From the NCBI RefSeq assembly GCF_001194135.2, contig NC_069009.1, positions 744,336 to 808,335 of the forward strand: a stretch of 64,000 nucleotides of DNA, written 5' to 3'. Below are positions 24,699 to 33,537 of the stretch, piece by piece. Positions within the stretch are counted from its first letter, which is position 1. Each line of letters begins with the position of its first letter. Origin of the DNA: Octopus bimaculoides (taxonomy: Eukaryota). Under the pieces are notes generated by a model. It saw nothing but the letters and a program-made list of their open reading frames with translations, was not told where the DNA came from and ran no database searches. A program made the translations under genes and the position numbers.

Positions 24699-27023
24699 TG
24701 TGTGTGCGTGTATGTGTGTTTGTGTGTGTGTTTGTATATATATATGTTTATAATTATATAAATAAATATATGTAGCCCGTTGTATATTTACAGGCACATA
24801 AAGAGAGACTGTGATTTACAGAACAGAAAATGGAGAGGAAAGAAGTAGGAGAAGACAAATATATCGAAATGCAGGGTCAAAGGGAAAAGTATCAGCAACG
24901 TTGAATCAACTTACAAAAGTACTAAACTTGGAAGATTTTCGATGAGTTCAATATTCGAGATTCTGTTATTGGATAATCGTCTGTAAGACAGAAGAGAATT
25001 ATGGAAGAGATTAGTCATAAAAGCTTTGATGTTATGTCGAATTAATTAGATGCAGGAAGAGAAAACAAAGGTAGATGTGAAAAAATAAGTCGAAGAAGAC
25101 GATGATAACGATGAGTGAAGATTATAATGGGTGAAGATTATAAGGAGTGAAGATTATAATGAGTGTTGAATATGTTTGATGAAGAAAATGATGACAATAA
25201 CAACGTTGATGATGTTCACTGGTTCGAAGTGGTGATGCTGTTGGCGATCGTGCTGCTGTTGTCAATTGTGATGATGCGTGGTGGCGGTGGTGGCAGTGGT
25301 GGTGGCGGCGGTGGCGGTGGTGGTGGTGATGGTGGTGTTGATGATGATAATGATGGTGATGATGATCATGATCATGATGTTGGTAACGATGATTATGAGG
25401 CTGCTGCTCATTGTCCTTATAAAGGATGCAAGCATGTCCTCCATTCTGCCATGGGTTGTATAAACTGTTTACACCTGCGTTAGTGAGATGCATGTGGTGC
25501 ATTGTAAGAAAATTGCGTATTTTTAAATCAGTTTTCGAGATCTCAACGACGGACCATCTTAAGGATGTGAAACAGAGACATGGATACTGGAAACTGAACG
25601 CGTTTTTCTCAACAGGGGGAGAGAGTTTATGTGTGTTGTTGTTGTTGTTGTTGTTGTTGGCACTCCGTCGCTTACGACGTCGAGGGTTCCAGTTGATCCG
25701 ATCAACGGAACAGCCTGCTCATGAAATTAACGTGCAAGTGGCTGAGCACTCCACAGACACGTGTACCCTTAACGTAGTTCTCGGGGATATTCAGCGTGAC
25801 ACACAGTGTGACAAGGCTGACCCTTTGAATTACAGGTGCAACAGGAAGTAAGAGTGAGAGAAAGTTGTGGTGGAAGAGAACAGCAGAGTTCGCCACCATC
25901 GCCTGCCGGAGCCTCGTGGAGCTTTAGGTGTTTTCGCTCAATAAACACTCACAACACCCGGTCTGGGAATCGAAACCGCGATCCTATGACCGCGAGTCCG
26001 CTGCCCTAACCACTGGGCCATTGCGCCTCCACTTATGTATGTTAGAGAAGGGTAAAAGGTTAAGAAAGAAAGATAGGAAGACATTAATTATTTAGAAATA
26101 TACAGTCAAGAAATGGCATCAGCAAGATCGATCTGACTTACAGAATCTCTAATTTGTGAAGATTTACAAATGACTCTTTTCCAATTTTCGAGATCTTATT
26201 ACCGTATAGATTTCTGTAAGAGAATAGAGAATTGATAACATATAATATAGAAGAGATTCGTTATAAAATTTTAAATATTACGTTTAATGAATTAAATGCA
26301 GAAATGCAGAAGTGAAAAAATTAGATGGAGAAGATGATAATGACGTATGAAGATTATGATGATAACGATGAAGGTAGGTGATGATGATGATGAGGAAATG
26401 TATTACAAATCCAACGTCTGTTTCTGGGGGCACATGGTCTATAATAGTGTTTGTAGATTGATTCTGTCATAGGACGAGACGAGTTTCCGTCTTCATGGAT
26501 TAGATCTTACATTTGAAATGCTAAAGGAAAGACGTTCAAACATCATCTTTGAACTTCTTTCCTTTAACATTAGTAAAATAAATTAAACGGAAACGTTCTC
26601 TGATGGACAAACCCTTTGCAGTTCATGGCTCCCGCCGCTAGAATCAACTTGATGCGAATCTAAACCCTGAGGAACAGTCTAGTTTACTTCGCAGCTAGTA
26701 ACATATCGACTTCTTTTACTATAACATAACATGGTGTTTAAAGCTGTGAGATTTACACCGTAAGGTATTGGCTGAGAACATAACCAATGAGCGTTTAAAA
26801 CACTGAAAGTGGAAAATATCTAAAAGTTGTCTACTACTTACATATATTTAACATTCGGAAGAAAGTACTTTGGAACCGATGTCAGGTTGAGATTTGAACA
26901 ATTTACATGCTCAGAACCATTACATGTACACATACAAAAAATGTCTGCACGTATCTCAAAAGATAACCTCATGTATAATATCAGCAAAAATGTTAGTATT
27001 ACTTGATATCTTTGACTGGGCAT
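2409..27023 (-). CDS. Gene A: LRR + Ly6/uPAR-like + GAIN adhesion GPCR (29 visible coding exons, at least ~1090 aa)
   Basis: Exons chained by GT-AG sites with consistent phases, except one GAIN exon whose 5' part is in a gap. Signal peptide, LRRs, LRR-CT, LU domain, GPS (CSCYHLTSFAILM) and 7TM motifs (LLHYF, LLGLPW, NTLQGMFIF). Exon structure mirrored in gene B. Confidence 0.93.
2811..3000 (+). mobile_element. SINE family A, 5' half
   Basis: Head gtggaggcgcaatggc... matches the full-length copies. Confidence 0.88.
3083..3468 (-). CDS. Gene A TM5-TM7 exon (CWLSKTAFYAAFLAPVAIILLFN...LLGLPW...NTLQGMFIF)
   Basis: Family-2 7TM signatures; acceptor tttgtag; donor A|GTAAGT conserved in the paralog. 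Confidence 0.95.
4224..4296 (-). CDS. Gene A TM4 exon (GLPIVIVIITLAISNTNNYIRIEKV)
   Basis: 73 nt, ttttcag/gtaagt, phase 1-2; paralog exon has the same length. Confidence 0.92.
4356..4612 (-). mobile_element. SINE family B, 5'-truncated
   Basis: Reverse complement of the 1850-2100 type sequence. Confidence 0.88.
4827..4968 (-). CDS. Gene A TM3 exon (AVAALLHYFLLSSFMWMIVEAIHIY...)
   Basis: 142 nt; adhesion-GPCR TM3 motif LLHYFLL..F.WM..EA; canonical splice sites. Confidence 0.95.
5180..5269 (+). mobile_element. SINE A/B 3' tail fragment
   Basis: tgcacgttaatttcacgagc...gccaacaacaac. Confidence 0.85.
5335..5600 (-). mobile_element. Diverged SINE family B copy
   Basis: Degenerate tail and body. 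Confidence 0.7.
5752..5875 (-). CDS. Gene A TM2 exon (TLWKLIASKILVNLCSSL...AVCR)
   Basis: 124 nt; KIL.NLC.SL motif; ttccag/gtaagt. Confidence 0.93.
6270..6330 (-). ncRNA. Type I minimal hammerhead ribozyme motif
   Basis: GAUAA-CUGAAGA-extended stem II-(C)GAAA-CUCGGAG-UU-UUAUC; stem I 5 bp, palindromic stem III. Confidence 0.65.
6830..6960 (-). CDS. Gene A post-GPS linker + TM1 exon (DVYGND...LSIISNVGCIISFVCLILTV)
   Basis: 131 nt; TM1 motif LS.IS.VGC.IS..CL.LT; ttgcag/gtaagc. Confidence 0.93.
7421..7590 (-). mobile_element. SINE A 3' part
   Basis: Shared tail sequence. Confidence 0.85.
8018..8158 (-). CDS. Gene A GPS exon (PQCVYWD...WSTKGC...CSCYHLTSFAILM)
   Basis: Canonical GPS C-W-W-C-C-C pattern with HL|T; 141 nt, phase 0-0. 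Confidence 0.96.
8811..8939 (-). CDS. Gene A GAIN exon (IIENSTTKANTKINSHIIAA...LDEPVSISF)
   Basis: 129 nt, phase 0-0; GAIN-B-like NS.IIAA and L.EPV.I.F; paralog has the same length. Confidence 0.92.
9087..9465 (-). mobile_element. Full-length SINE family A
   Basis: Complete head-to-tail match with other copies. Confidence 0.92.
9475..9745 (+). mobile_element. Internally deleted mariner transposase remnant
   Basis: Frameshifted IDELVDMTSVSWSYCQK / GMKRLVAK / AITGDESWC / FADVEEVKKK motifs. Confidence 0.75.
9842..9988 (-). CDS. Gene A GAIN exon (IYNNSNSKVEDMMDYISLPKSL...DKLYR)
   Basis: 147 nt; ISLP motif; ccaccag/gtatgg; paralog has the same length. Confidence 0.92.
10115..10469 (-). mobile_element. 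SINE family C
   Basis: tRNA-like head ggagtggctgtgtggtaag; conserved ccttgtgagtggatttggtagacggaaac; internal (TA/CA)n. Confidence 0.88.
10591..10699 (-). CDS. Gene A GAIN exon, 5' part in gap (SYSNLAIGAAKVEKDTFNGLVF...RSE)
   Basis: Open frame with N.A motif ending at donor gtacga; acceptor lies inside gap 10700-11153. Confidence 0.8.
11154..11302 (-). mobile_element. SINE family A 5' part, running into gap
   Basis: Head match. Confidence 0.88.
11330..11558 (-). CDS. Gene A GAIN helical-subdomain exon (TVEEFSRKLLNISQ...EAEKANRTVS)
   Basis: 229 nt, phase 1-2; cattgcag/gtaaaa; homolog at 48119-48347. Confidence 0.9.
12160..12343 (-). CDS. Gene A Ly6/uPAR-like domain exon 2 (PVCQYK...SCVACCSGNQCNKNDFM)
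   Basis: 184 nt, phase 0-1; ends in the CCxxxxCN motif of three-finger folds. Confidence 0.9.
12551..12934 (-). mobile_element. Full-length SINE family A
   Basis: 11-bp TSD ccttgtaaaat (12540-12550 / 12935-12945). Confidence 0.93.
13346..13437 (-). CDS. Gene A Ly6/uPAR-like domain exon 1 (YSLFQKNLECQTCSGMMCNDSERTGCPGVE)
   Basis: 92 nt, phase 1-0; LxCxxC start typical of LU domains; paralog has the same length. Confidence 0.9.
14745..14905 (-). CDS. Gene A LRR-CT exon (DLSGNKDMMCGCHL...GEC...SQCQ)
   Basis: 161 nt, phase 2-1; LSGN..C.C.L cap with four Cys. Confidence 0.88.
15874..15945 (-). CDS. Gene A LRR exon (YLGHNQMQKYEDGAFLFLPDIYHV)
   Basis: 72 nt, phase 2-2, tttcag/gtatgt. Confidence 0.9.
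16617..16836. repeat. Inverted repeat, ~85-bp arms and 47-nt spacer
   Basis: 16621-16702 is the near-perfect reverse complement of 16750-16833. Confidence 0.9.
16704..16739 (-). ncRNA. Minimal hammerhead motif in the spacer of an inverted repeat
   Basis: GAU-CUGAAGA-A-GGAAU/AUUCC-GAAA-UAU-C-AUC; stem I only 3 bp. Confidence 0.55.
16987..17058 (-). CDS. Gene A LRR exon (DLSHNNISTIKQGTFENLYSLQSL)
   Basis: 72 nt, phase 2-2, ttacag/gtaagt. Confidence 0.92.
17348..17419 (-). CDS. Gene A LRR exon (YLGNNTLSIIAEGTFLNLTSLLTL)
   Basis: 72 nt, phase 2-2. Confidence 0.92.
17867..17938 (-). CDS. Gene A LRR exon (DLSHNQLSKIKESTFKTLHSLRDL)
   Basis: 72 nt, phase 2-2. Confidence 0.92.
18078..18149 (-). 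CDS. Gene A LRR exon (DLSFNNISNIEESAFKNLGNLQEL)
   Basis: 72 nt, phase 2-2. Confidence 0.92.
18922..18993 (-). CDS. Gene A LRR exon (DLSYNQISIIKESTFKTLHSLRDL)
   Basis: 72 nt, phase 2-2; close copy of 17867-17938 including flanks. Confidence 0.92.
19320..19391 (-). CDS. Gene A LRR exon (GLSYNQISNIEEIAFKNLHSLRYL)
   Basis: 72 nt, phase 2-2. Confidence 0.9.
19539..19610 (-). CDS. Gene A LRR exon (HLSHNKISNIEESTFKTLGSLKDL)
   Basis: 72 nt, phase 2-2. Confidence 0.9.
19830..20040 (+). mobile_element. SINE family C 3' half
   Basis: ccgatagaataagtactagg...gtaaaagagtaaaa tail. Confidence 0.85.
20255..20326 (-). CDS. Gene A LRR exon (DLTGNEIFKIDQNSFVNVTRLEYL)
   Basis: 72 nt, phase 2-2. Confidence 0.9.
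20487..20645 (+). mobile_element. tRNA-like SINE family D fragment
   Basis: ggcagaatcgttag...gagttcaaattccgccgaagtcgactttgcctttcatcc; related fragment near 47795-47960. Confidence 0.65.
20814..20885 (-). CDS. Gene A LRR exon (FLYNNKISNIERESFENLPELADL)
   Basis: 72 nt, phase 2-2. Confidence 0.92.
21165..21600. repeat. Compound (GAT)n/(GATGAGT) low-complexity tract
   Basis: Direct inspection. Confidence 0.9.
22259..22330 (-). CDS. Gene A LRR exon (YLSNNKISIIEQRSFENLERLRTL)
   Basis: 72 nt, phase 2-2. Confidence 0.92.
23131..23315. repeat. Near-perfect palindrome, 90-bp arms and 5-nt loop
   Basis: One mismatch seen; left arm starts at a gap edge. Confidence 0.9.
23904..23975 (-). CDS. Gene A LRR exon (DLSYNDITIIKKKTFKNLCSLQEL)
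   Basis: 72 nt, phase 2-2. Confidence 0.9.
24915..24980 (-). CDS. Gene A short LRR exon (RLSNNRISNIELIENLPSLVLL)
   Basis: 66 nt, phase 2-2, same splice context as the 72-nt exons. Confidence 0.88.
25636..26032 (-). mobile_element. Full-length SINE family A with (CAA)n tail
   Basis: Complete match. Confidence 0.92.
26142..26213 (-). CDS. Gene A first LRR exon (NLYGNKISKIGKESFVNLHKLEIL)
   Basis: 72 nt, phase 2-2. Confidence 0.92.
26842..27023 (-). CDS. Gene A first coding exon: signal peptide + LRR-NT (MPSQRYQVILTFLLILY...CMCTC...VNCSNLNLTSVP)
   Basis: Hydrophobic leader, LRR-NT C-C-C-C and L.SVP; donor AT|GTAAGT; acceptor 20 nt upstream of the ATG (exon starts 27043). Confidence 0.92.
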
Positions 27024-27209
27024 ATTTTCTGGCGTAGATTAATCTGTAAAATAAGGAAAAATACGAAATATCAGACACATCGATATTATTTCATTCATAT
27101 TGCTGAGAAAAGATGAGCCTATTTGAGAAGACTGCATGGATATGATAACAGAAAGATTCCAGACGATAGTAACATCGATCATCAAAGCAGTTTATCATGG
27201 AGCAATAGC

Positions 27210-27720
27210 CGGCTTACTAACTCCCAGAGCATCTTGGTTAAAATCCTACTCTTCACTCCAGATTTTCCTCTCGAAGGAGTCTATGTCTTCTCGTGAAGGA
27301 GCTTCCGTGATATTCATAGCTCCTCCTCTCATATCTCTGCATACTCCTGCCTGGTTCCGGTTAATTTTTTTTGCTTATTGTTCTTCTCTTGGTTATTCTC
27401 TTTTGATGTCGGAGTTTTTCCCTGACTGTTTTTAGCTCCTTCTTGAGGGTTATCAGTTTGCAAGTGGGGTATCCTCCTTTTGCTGTCTCCAAACATCATT
27501 TCTATCTCCTTTTTTATTACGCTCTGCTTGTGTAAACGTATTTTTTCTCTGTCGTCACCACACATGATGGAACTTTCTTTGTTGTTTCAGTCTTGTTTAC
27601 TTCTTGAATGTCATTCATGTACTGCCTAACAGTAGTAGCCAGAGCCTATAGACAAGCGTAAATACTCATCACCAATTTCGTTAACAGCTTTTAATACTGT
27701 ATCTGGTGATTTTTCATTTT
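27210..27720 (-). mobile_element. Degraded LINE ORF fragment, probably R4-type pre-RT region
   Basis: Broken frame containing RNQAGVCRDMRGG..ITEAPSREDIDSFERKIWSEE, resembling the NQK.FYR.L / P..EE...FW..IW region. Confidence 0.45.
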
Positions 27721-28642
27721 ACTTTGGTAGAGAAAACCTTTCCCTCGATAGAGTACGTCAAAGCTAAAGTTATTTGTTCTCGCAAAATGTCAGCCGGACC
27801 ACATTTCAACGGTATATAATCCTTATTTCCTTATTGCCCACAAGGGGCCCACAAGGGACACACAAGGGGCCCACAAAGGACCCACAAGGGGCTAAACAAA
27901 TCGTTGCGATTGTGTCTGCTCTTGTGACTGCTATTGGTATGCCGCTAGATGCGAAACCCGGTGGTGGTCTTGTATCATTCACCTTNNNNNNNNNNNNNNN
28001 NNNNNNNNNNNNNNNNNNNNNNNNNNNNNNNNNNNNNNNNNNNNNNNNNNNNNNNNNNNNNNNNNNNNNNNNNNNNNNNNNNNNNNNNNNNNNNNNNNNN
28101 NNNNNNNNNNNNNNNNNNNNNNNNNNNNNNNNNNNNNNNNNNNNNNNNNNNNNNNNNNNNNNNNNNNNNNNNNNNNNNNNNNNNNNNNNNNNNNNNNNNN
28201 NNNNNNNNNNNNNNNNNNNNNNNNNNNNNNNNNNNNNNNNNNNNNNNNNNNNNNNNNNNNNNNNNNNNNNNNNNNNNNNNNNNNNNNNNNNNNNNNNNNN
28301 NNNNNNNNNNNNNNNNNNNNNNNNNNNNNNNNNNNNNNNNNNNNNNNNNNNNNNNNNNNNNNNNNNNNNNNNNNNNNNNNNNNNNNNNNNNNNNNNNNNN
28401 NNNNNNNNNNNNNNNNNNNNNNNNNNNNNNNNNNNNNNNNNNNNNNNNNNNNNNNNNNNNNNNNNNNNNNNNNNNNNNNNNNNNNNNNNNNNNNNNNNNN
28501 NNNNNNNNNNNNNNNNNNNNNNNNNNNNNNNNNNNNNNNNNNNNNNNNNNNNNNNNNNNNNNNNNNNNNNNNNNNNNNNNNNNNNNNNNNNNNNNNNNNN
28601 NNNNNNNNNNNNNNNNNNNNNNNNNNNNNNNNNNNNNNNNNN

Positions 28643-28711
<69 letters not shown>

Positions 28712-28932
28712 CACATACATATGTTTCATTATTTATATTTGTATATATACGTACATGTGTATTAATTATATGTCAATAGGTAGAAATATAGAGACGAAGT
28801 GAGGGAGTGAGAAACATTCAGGTTACTAGATCACATGTGTGTGTGTGTGATTATGTGTCTGTGTATGTGTGTGTGTGTGTATTTAGATGTTAAATCTTAA
28901 CAGAAAAGTAACAAAAAAAAAAACTGACTTAC

Positions 28933-29043
28933 CTCTATAATGTCGGATCCAAATATAACTTCAAATGTAATCTTTTCAATATTCATATACATTTTAAACG
29001 CATAACACAGATTCGCCTCCTCTTCTTCATGCAAGACTACTCT
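28933..29043 (-). other. Candidate 5'-UTR exon of gene A
   Basis: Strong donor GAG|GTAAGT and possible acceptor ttttag; homologous block at 31766-31879; the ATG exon needs an upstream exon. Confidence 0.5.
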
Positions 29044-29789
29044 CTAAAATTGCAGCTGTATCCGATAAGCATACTGCATACAGTGCCCAATGGTAATTAC
29101 TCTCTAAGTGTTTTGTTTTCCAACATCAACGACAGGATCTCCTGTGCATGTCAAGTGCCATGTTAGTTTTTCTATTGGTATTCTAATTGTCTTTGTCATT
29201 GGAATGAATTTTCCAAAACTTGTCTATACTTCAATGAATTACGAGCGTCCTCAAACACACCTACAGCCAGCTGTGTGAGGAGACATTGACGTAAACCTTC
29301 CATCAACCTATCCATCTACCAGATAAATTCTTCTTTCATTCTCATATTTGTCTATCTATATATAGCAATTCCCTTTGATTTCTTTCTACATCTTTTTTTT
29401 GCTCCACTGCCAATAGATTTTCATGTTCCAGAAAATTATATACTTCTTCTATGAAACAGATTAATAATTTCCAGAGTATTGGTCAATAAATATTAGGTCT
29501 AGAATTGGTAACATCCTCTCTCTTCACTCTGTCTTTTAGCTTCGGCAAACGTAAGGCAATGGACAACCCAGGGAAATTCTAGATTTCAATTGCTAATGTA
29601 CAAGGCAGTTTAGAAGTGATCTTGTGAATTAAAAAGACATAACTAAATCAGTGTGTATAAGTGTGTGTGTATCCTTTGCGTGTAAATATAGCGGTGAAAA
29701 CATTTCGAACGATCGTCGAAGTAAGCCTTTTGGATAAGGAACGGTTTTTCCGAAAACTCACGTTACAAGCTAAAACCTGAACAATGAGC

Positions 29790-30148
29790 TTGTTGGCACT
29801 CGTCCTCCTCCTTGGAACTTCGTCGCTTACGACAGCCTGCTCGTGAAATTAACGTGCAAGTGGCTGAGCACTCCACAGACACGTGTACCCTTAACGTAGT
29901 TCTCGGGGATATTCAGCGTGACAAGGCTGACCCTTTGAATTACAGGCACAACAGAAACAGGAAGTAAGAGTGAGAGAAAGTTGTGGTGGAAGAGTACAGC
30001 AGGGTTGGCCACCATCGTCTGCCGGAGCCTCGTGGAGCTTTAGGTGTTTTCGCTCAATAAACACTCACAACACCCGGTCTGGGAATCGAAACTGCGATCC
30101 TATGACCGCGAGTCCGCTGCCCTAACCACTGGGCCATTGCGCCTCCAC
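29790..30148 (-). mobile_element. SINE family A, duplicated with the orphan LRR exon
   Basis: Same right-hand flank (acttatgtatgttagagaag) as the 25636-26032 copy; internal deletions. Confidence 0.88.
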
Positions 30149-30257
30149 TTATGTATGTTAGAGAAGGGTAAAATGTTAACAAAGAAAGATAGGAAGACAT
30201 TAATTATTTAGAAATATACAGTCAAGAAATGACATCAGCAAGATCGATCTGACTTAC

Positions 30258-30329
30258 AGAATCTCTAATTTGTGAAGATTTACAAATGACTCTTTTCCAA
30301 TTTTCGAGATCTTATTACCGTATAGATTT
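30258..30329 (-). pseudogene. Orphan duplicate of gene A first LRR exon
   Basis: Identical by eye to 26142-26213, with near-identical flanks and the adjacent SINE, but lies upstream of the ATG exon. Confidence 0.8.
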
Positions 30330-30870
30330 CTGTAAGAGAATAGAGAATTGATAACAACGTCTGTTGAACTCTTTTCCATCACTGAAAGACGCAAGCGACC
30401 AGTTGTCGTCCGTCCAAAGAATGTGATGCCGTTAAATGGCAAGAATTTCGAAGGAGAAATTCACATACATAATAGTAAAATTAAATATATCTAATGTTTG
30501 AAGAGACGATTGTTTTCTGCTGAAGATGGAGATGAGAAAGGTGACTCATTTAGTTAAAGACCAAGACTAATATTGCAGAATCTTTAACGTGGCAGGCAAA
30601 TTGCTCGGTGACATTTTGTGGTTATCTTTAACACTGCCGAGGTCGACATTACCTGTCCTTGTTTCAAGGTCGATAAAATAAGGGCCACTTGTGCACTGTA
30701 GGCTATGTAACGGACTTATTCCCCACCACCCGAAACTACTTCTCTGGTGTCAAATTGTGAAAGCAGTCTCTGAATGTATGGTAATATCTGTATAAAGACA
30801 AATGAAGAGCTGTGACTTAGGTGGAGTTGGAGGGAAAGCGGGAATGTAGCCAAGGATTCAAGATCTAGAG

Positions 30871-31119
30871 TATGCATGGGTAAACTGCGGCCCTCGAATG
30901 TTATTGTACGGCTCTCGTCGAATTTTTGGATTACTAATTTCATACTGAAACAAAGAAAATTTCATGCTAAGATAAATGAAATTAAGAAGAACTGCAAAAA
31001 ATTTAGTGTAAAGTCGGCAAGTAATATTTCATGCATATGTGTTGTATCATGCGGTCCTCTCTCCCACTTGGAAATGATACGATGAGGGCCCACAATTGAC
31101 GGAAAGTTGCCCACCCCTG
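30871..31119. mobile_element. hAT (Charlie-like) MITE
   Basis: Right TIR gttgcccacccctg, degenerate left TIR, 8-bp target duplication atctagag/atctagaa. Confidence 0.65.
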
Positions 31120-31571
31120 ATCTAGAACAATGTGATATATGAACGTGAGGTTGAGAAAAAAAGACTAGTAAACAACGAACGAAATACGATAAACAACAAA
31201 GGAAACATACAAGACCTGATATAAAATGAAAAAAAAAAAACTATGTATTCAGGTAGAAGCAGACTGTGTGTGTGTATGTATGTATTTATGTATACATACA
31301 TATATATNNNNNNNNNNNNNNNNNNNNNNNNNNNNNNNNNNNNNNNNNNNNNNNNNNNNNNNNNNNNNNNNNNNNNNNNNNNNNNNNNNNNNNNNNNNNN
31401 NNNNNNNNNNNNNNNNNNNNNNNNNNNNNNNNNNNNNNNNNNNNNNNNNNNNNNNNNNNNNNNNNNNNNNNNNNNNNNNNNNNNNNNNNNNNNNNNNNNN
31501 NNNNNNNNNNNNNNNNNNNNNNNNNNNNNNNNNNNNNNNNNNNNNNNNTATATATATATATATATATATAC

Positions 31572-31624
<53 letters not shown>

Positions 31625-31765
31625 GAGATAGGCATATATATGTGGTGAGAAAGAGAGAGGCGTAAAAACAGAGATTTATAGATTAATAAATCATATATAT
31701 CTATGTACATCTGTGAATGCATTTAAGATTTTAATCATGAAAGCAAGGTAACAGAATTGGCTTAC

Positions 31766-31879
31766 CTCTTTAATGCCGGCTCCAAATATCACTACAATTG
31801 TAAGTTTTTCAATATTTGTATACAGTTTAAACACTTGACGCTGATTCGCTTGTTCTCTCTCCTCATATAAGTTTATTGT
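31766..31879 (-). other. Second, diverged copy of the candidate 5'-UTR exon
   Basis: About 70% similar by eye to 28933-29043; donor GAG|GTAAGC and ttttag conserved. Confidence 0.45.
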
Positions 31880-32489
31880 CTAAAATTGCAGCTGTATCCG
31901 ATGAACATACCGAATACACAGCCAACTGTGTATAATTCCTCTCTAAGTGTTTTGTTTTTCAACGTCACACGGCAGTATCTCCTATGGTTGTATGTTATTG
32001 GATAACGTATGTTATCTGGAAAATACATCCGTTTACTACCTCTTTACCATGAATATTTGTGTAGCCAACTGCATTATATATATATGAGCAAAAATCTTGA
32101 ATGGTTCTGAAAAATGGCTGAACGATACTCTTCCATCTTCTACATTGTTTGCTGATTACACTATTTTGAATACGAAGTGGTCAAGCTCTTTCATGTCCCA
32201 GTCAGCACTACAAGAGCAATATATTCACTTATGCATCGCTTACAACATCAATTCTATTAAAAGACGCCGTGTCCTTACCGACATTAGAATGTTACCCCAA
32301 AATACCTCCGCATATAATATCTATTACTCCACTACAGAAAGGTGTTCTTGACATTTCACTGTCTCTCCTAGTCCGAGAAAGACGTTTCTGTAATTAATTT
32401 CTTGCGCAAAAACGTGACGTGCTAGAGTAAAGATAACTGCAGATTCGGAATCAACGCTCCAAAATTACCTATGAGCACCGTGTGTGTGT

Positions 32490-32778
32490 GTTAGCACTCC
32501 GTCGCTTACGACGTTGAGGGTTCCAGTTGATCCGATCAACGGAACAGCCTGCTCGTGAAATTAACGTGCAAGTGGCTGAGCACTCCACAGACACGTGTAC
32601 CCTTAACGTAGTTCTCGGGGATATTCAGCGTGACACAGTGTGACAAGGCTGGCCCTTTGAAATACAGGCACAACAGAAACAGGAAGTAAGAGTGAGAGAG
32701 AAAGTTGTGGTGGAAGAGTACAGCAGGGTTCGCCACCATCCCCTGCCGGAGCCTCGTGGAACTTTAGGCGTTTTCGCT
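32490..32778 (-). mobile_element. SINE family A, 5'-truncated
   Basis: Tail and body match. Confidence 0.9.
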
Positions 32779-33010
32779 TTGAAGCCAATACTTATCTCAC
32801 TCACCGTAAGTACTCTCTTTTTGTCTTTTCCTGCATGTCGTGGTGTTTGATTTGGTTTTAGTTTTATTATTATGATCATTATAATTATTATCATTATAAT
32901 GATTATTATTATTATGAAAAAAAAATCATTATCATCATCATCATCATTATCATCATCATTATTATAGATTAAACTCAGTTTACGAAAAGTTTAGGTAAGA
33001 AAAAAACCAC

Positions 33011-33016
33011 TTTATT
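33011..33016 (-). terminator. Candidate polyadenylation signal of gene B (AATAAA)
   Basis: Homologous to 1614-1619. Confidence 0.55.
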
Positions 33017-33484
33017 CATAAAAATTAAAATATTACATTGCAAGAGAAGCCAACAGTGAATTTTACAGCCGGAAAATATGGAGGGATTATAATTTTCAGA
33101 ATATCTTCAGATATTTTACGTTTCAGGCAATAGTCATGCACCTAGCCTCGTTTAAAATTACATTATTTCAGATTATAGAGTCTCTATGTTGCGCAACGTT
33201 ATATCAATAGGCAAAAAATAAAGCGACGTTATATAAAAGTGTGCTTCATGTAATATAAGAAGAAAAATTGAGGCAAAATATGATCTAAGGCGACTCTTGA
33301 AGACACACTCACACACGCACACACACTCACTCACATGTATACTATAGATTATCTGAGAAAGCAAAAATATAAGTATGAAATTGGCCGCTAGAATATATTT
33401 ACTGAGTTTAATGTAATATAAGAACATTTTTTGACGTAAACTAAAATCAAAGACTTCTCTTGAAGACATTTTCTTCATTTTCAT

Positions 33485-33537
33485 TTATGCGTTCGTTTCT
33501 GCTTTTTTACATTCTGTTTCATGATTGGAGATTGAAC
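33485..33537 (-). CDS. Gene B terminal coding exon ((S)SISNHETECKKAETNA*)
   Basis: tttccag acceptor, phase 1; homologous to 2409-2467. Confidence 0.8.

Noticed and set aside
15874-26213. Regularly spaced repeated flanks as a CRISPR-like or satellite array
   Set aside because: Eukaryotic context; the units are explained as duplicated LRR exon cassettes with irregular spacing.
2409-27023. Assigning a gene symbol (ADGRA/GPR125, latrophilin, LGR)
   Set aside because: No Ig, HRM, lectin or olfactomedin exon was found, and the 7TM is family 2 rather than rhodopsin-type; orthology needs a phylogeny.
27835-27895. Short GC-rich minisatellite (cccacaagggg-like units)
   Set aside because: About five degenerate units with no further structure or supportable function.
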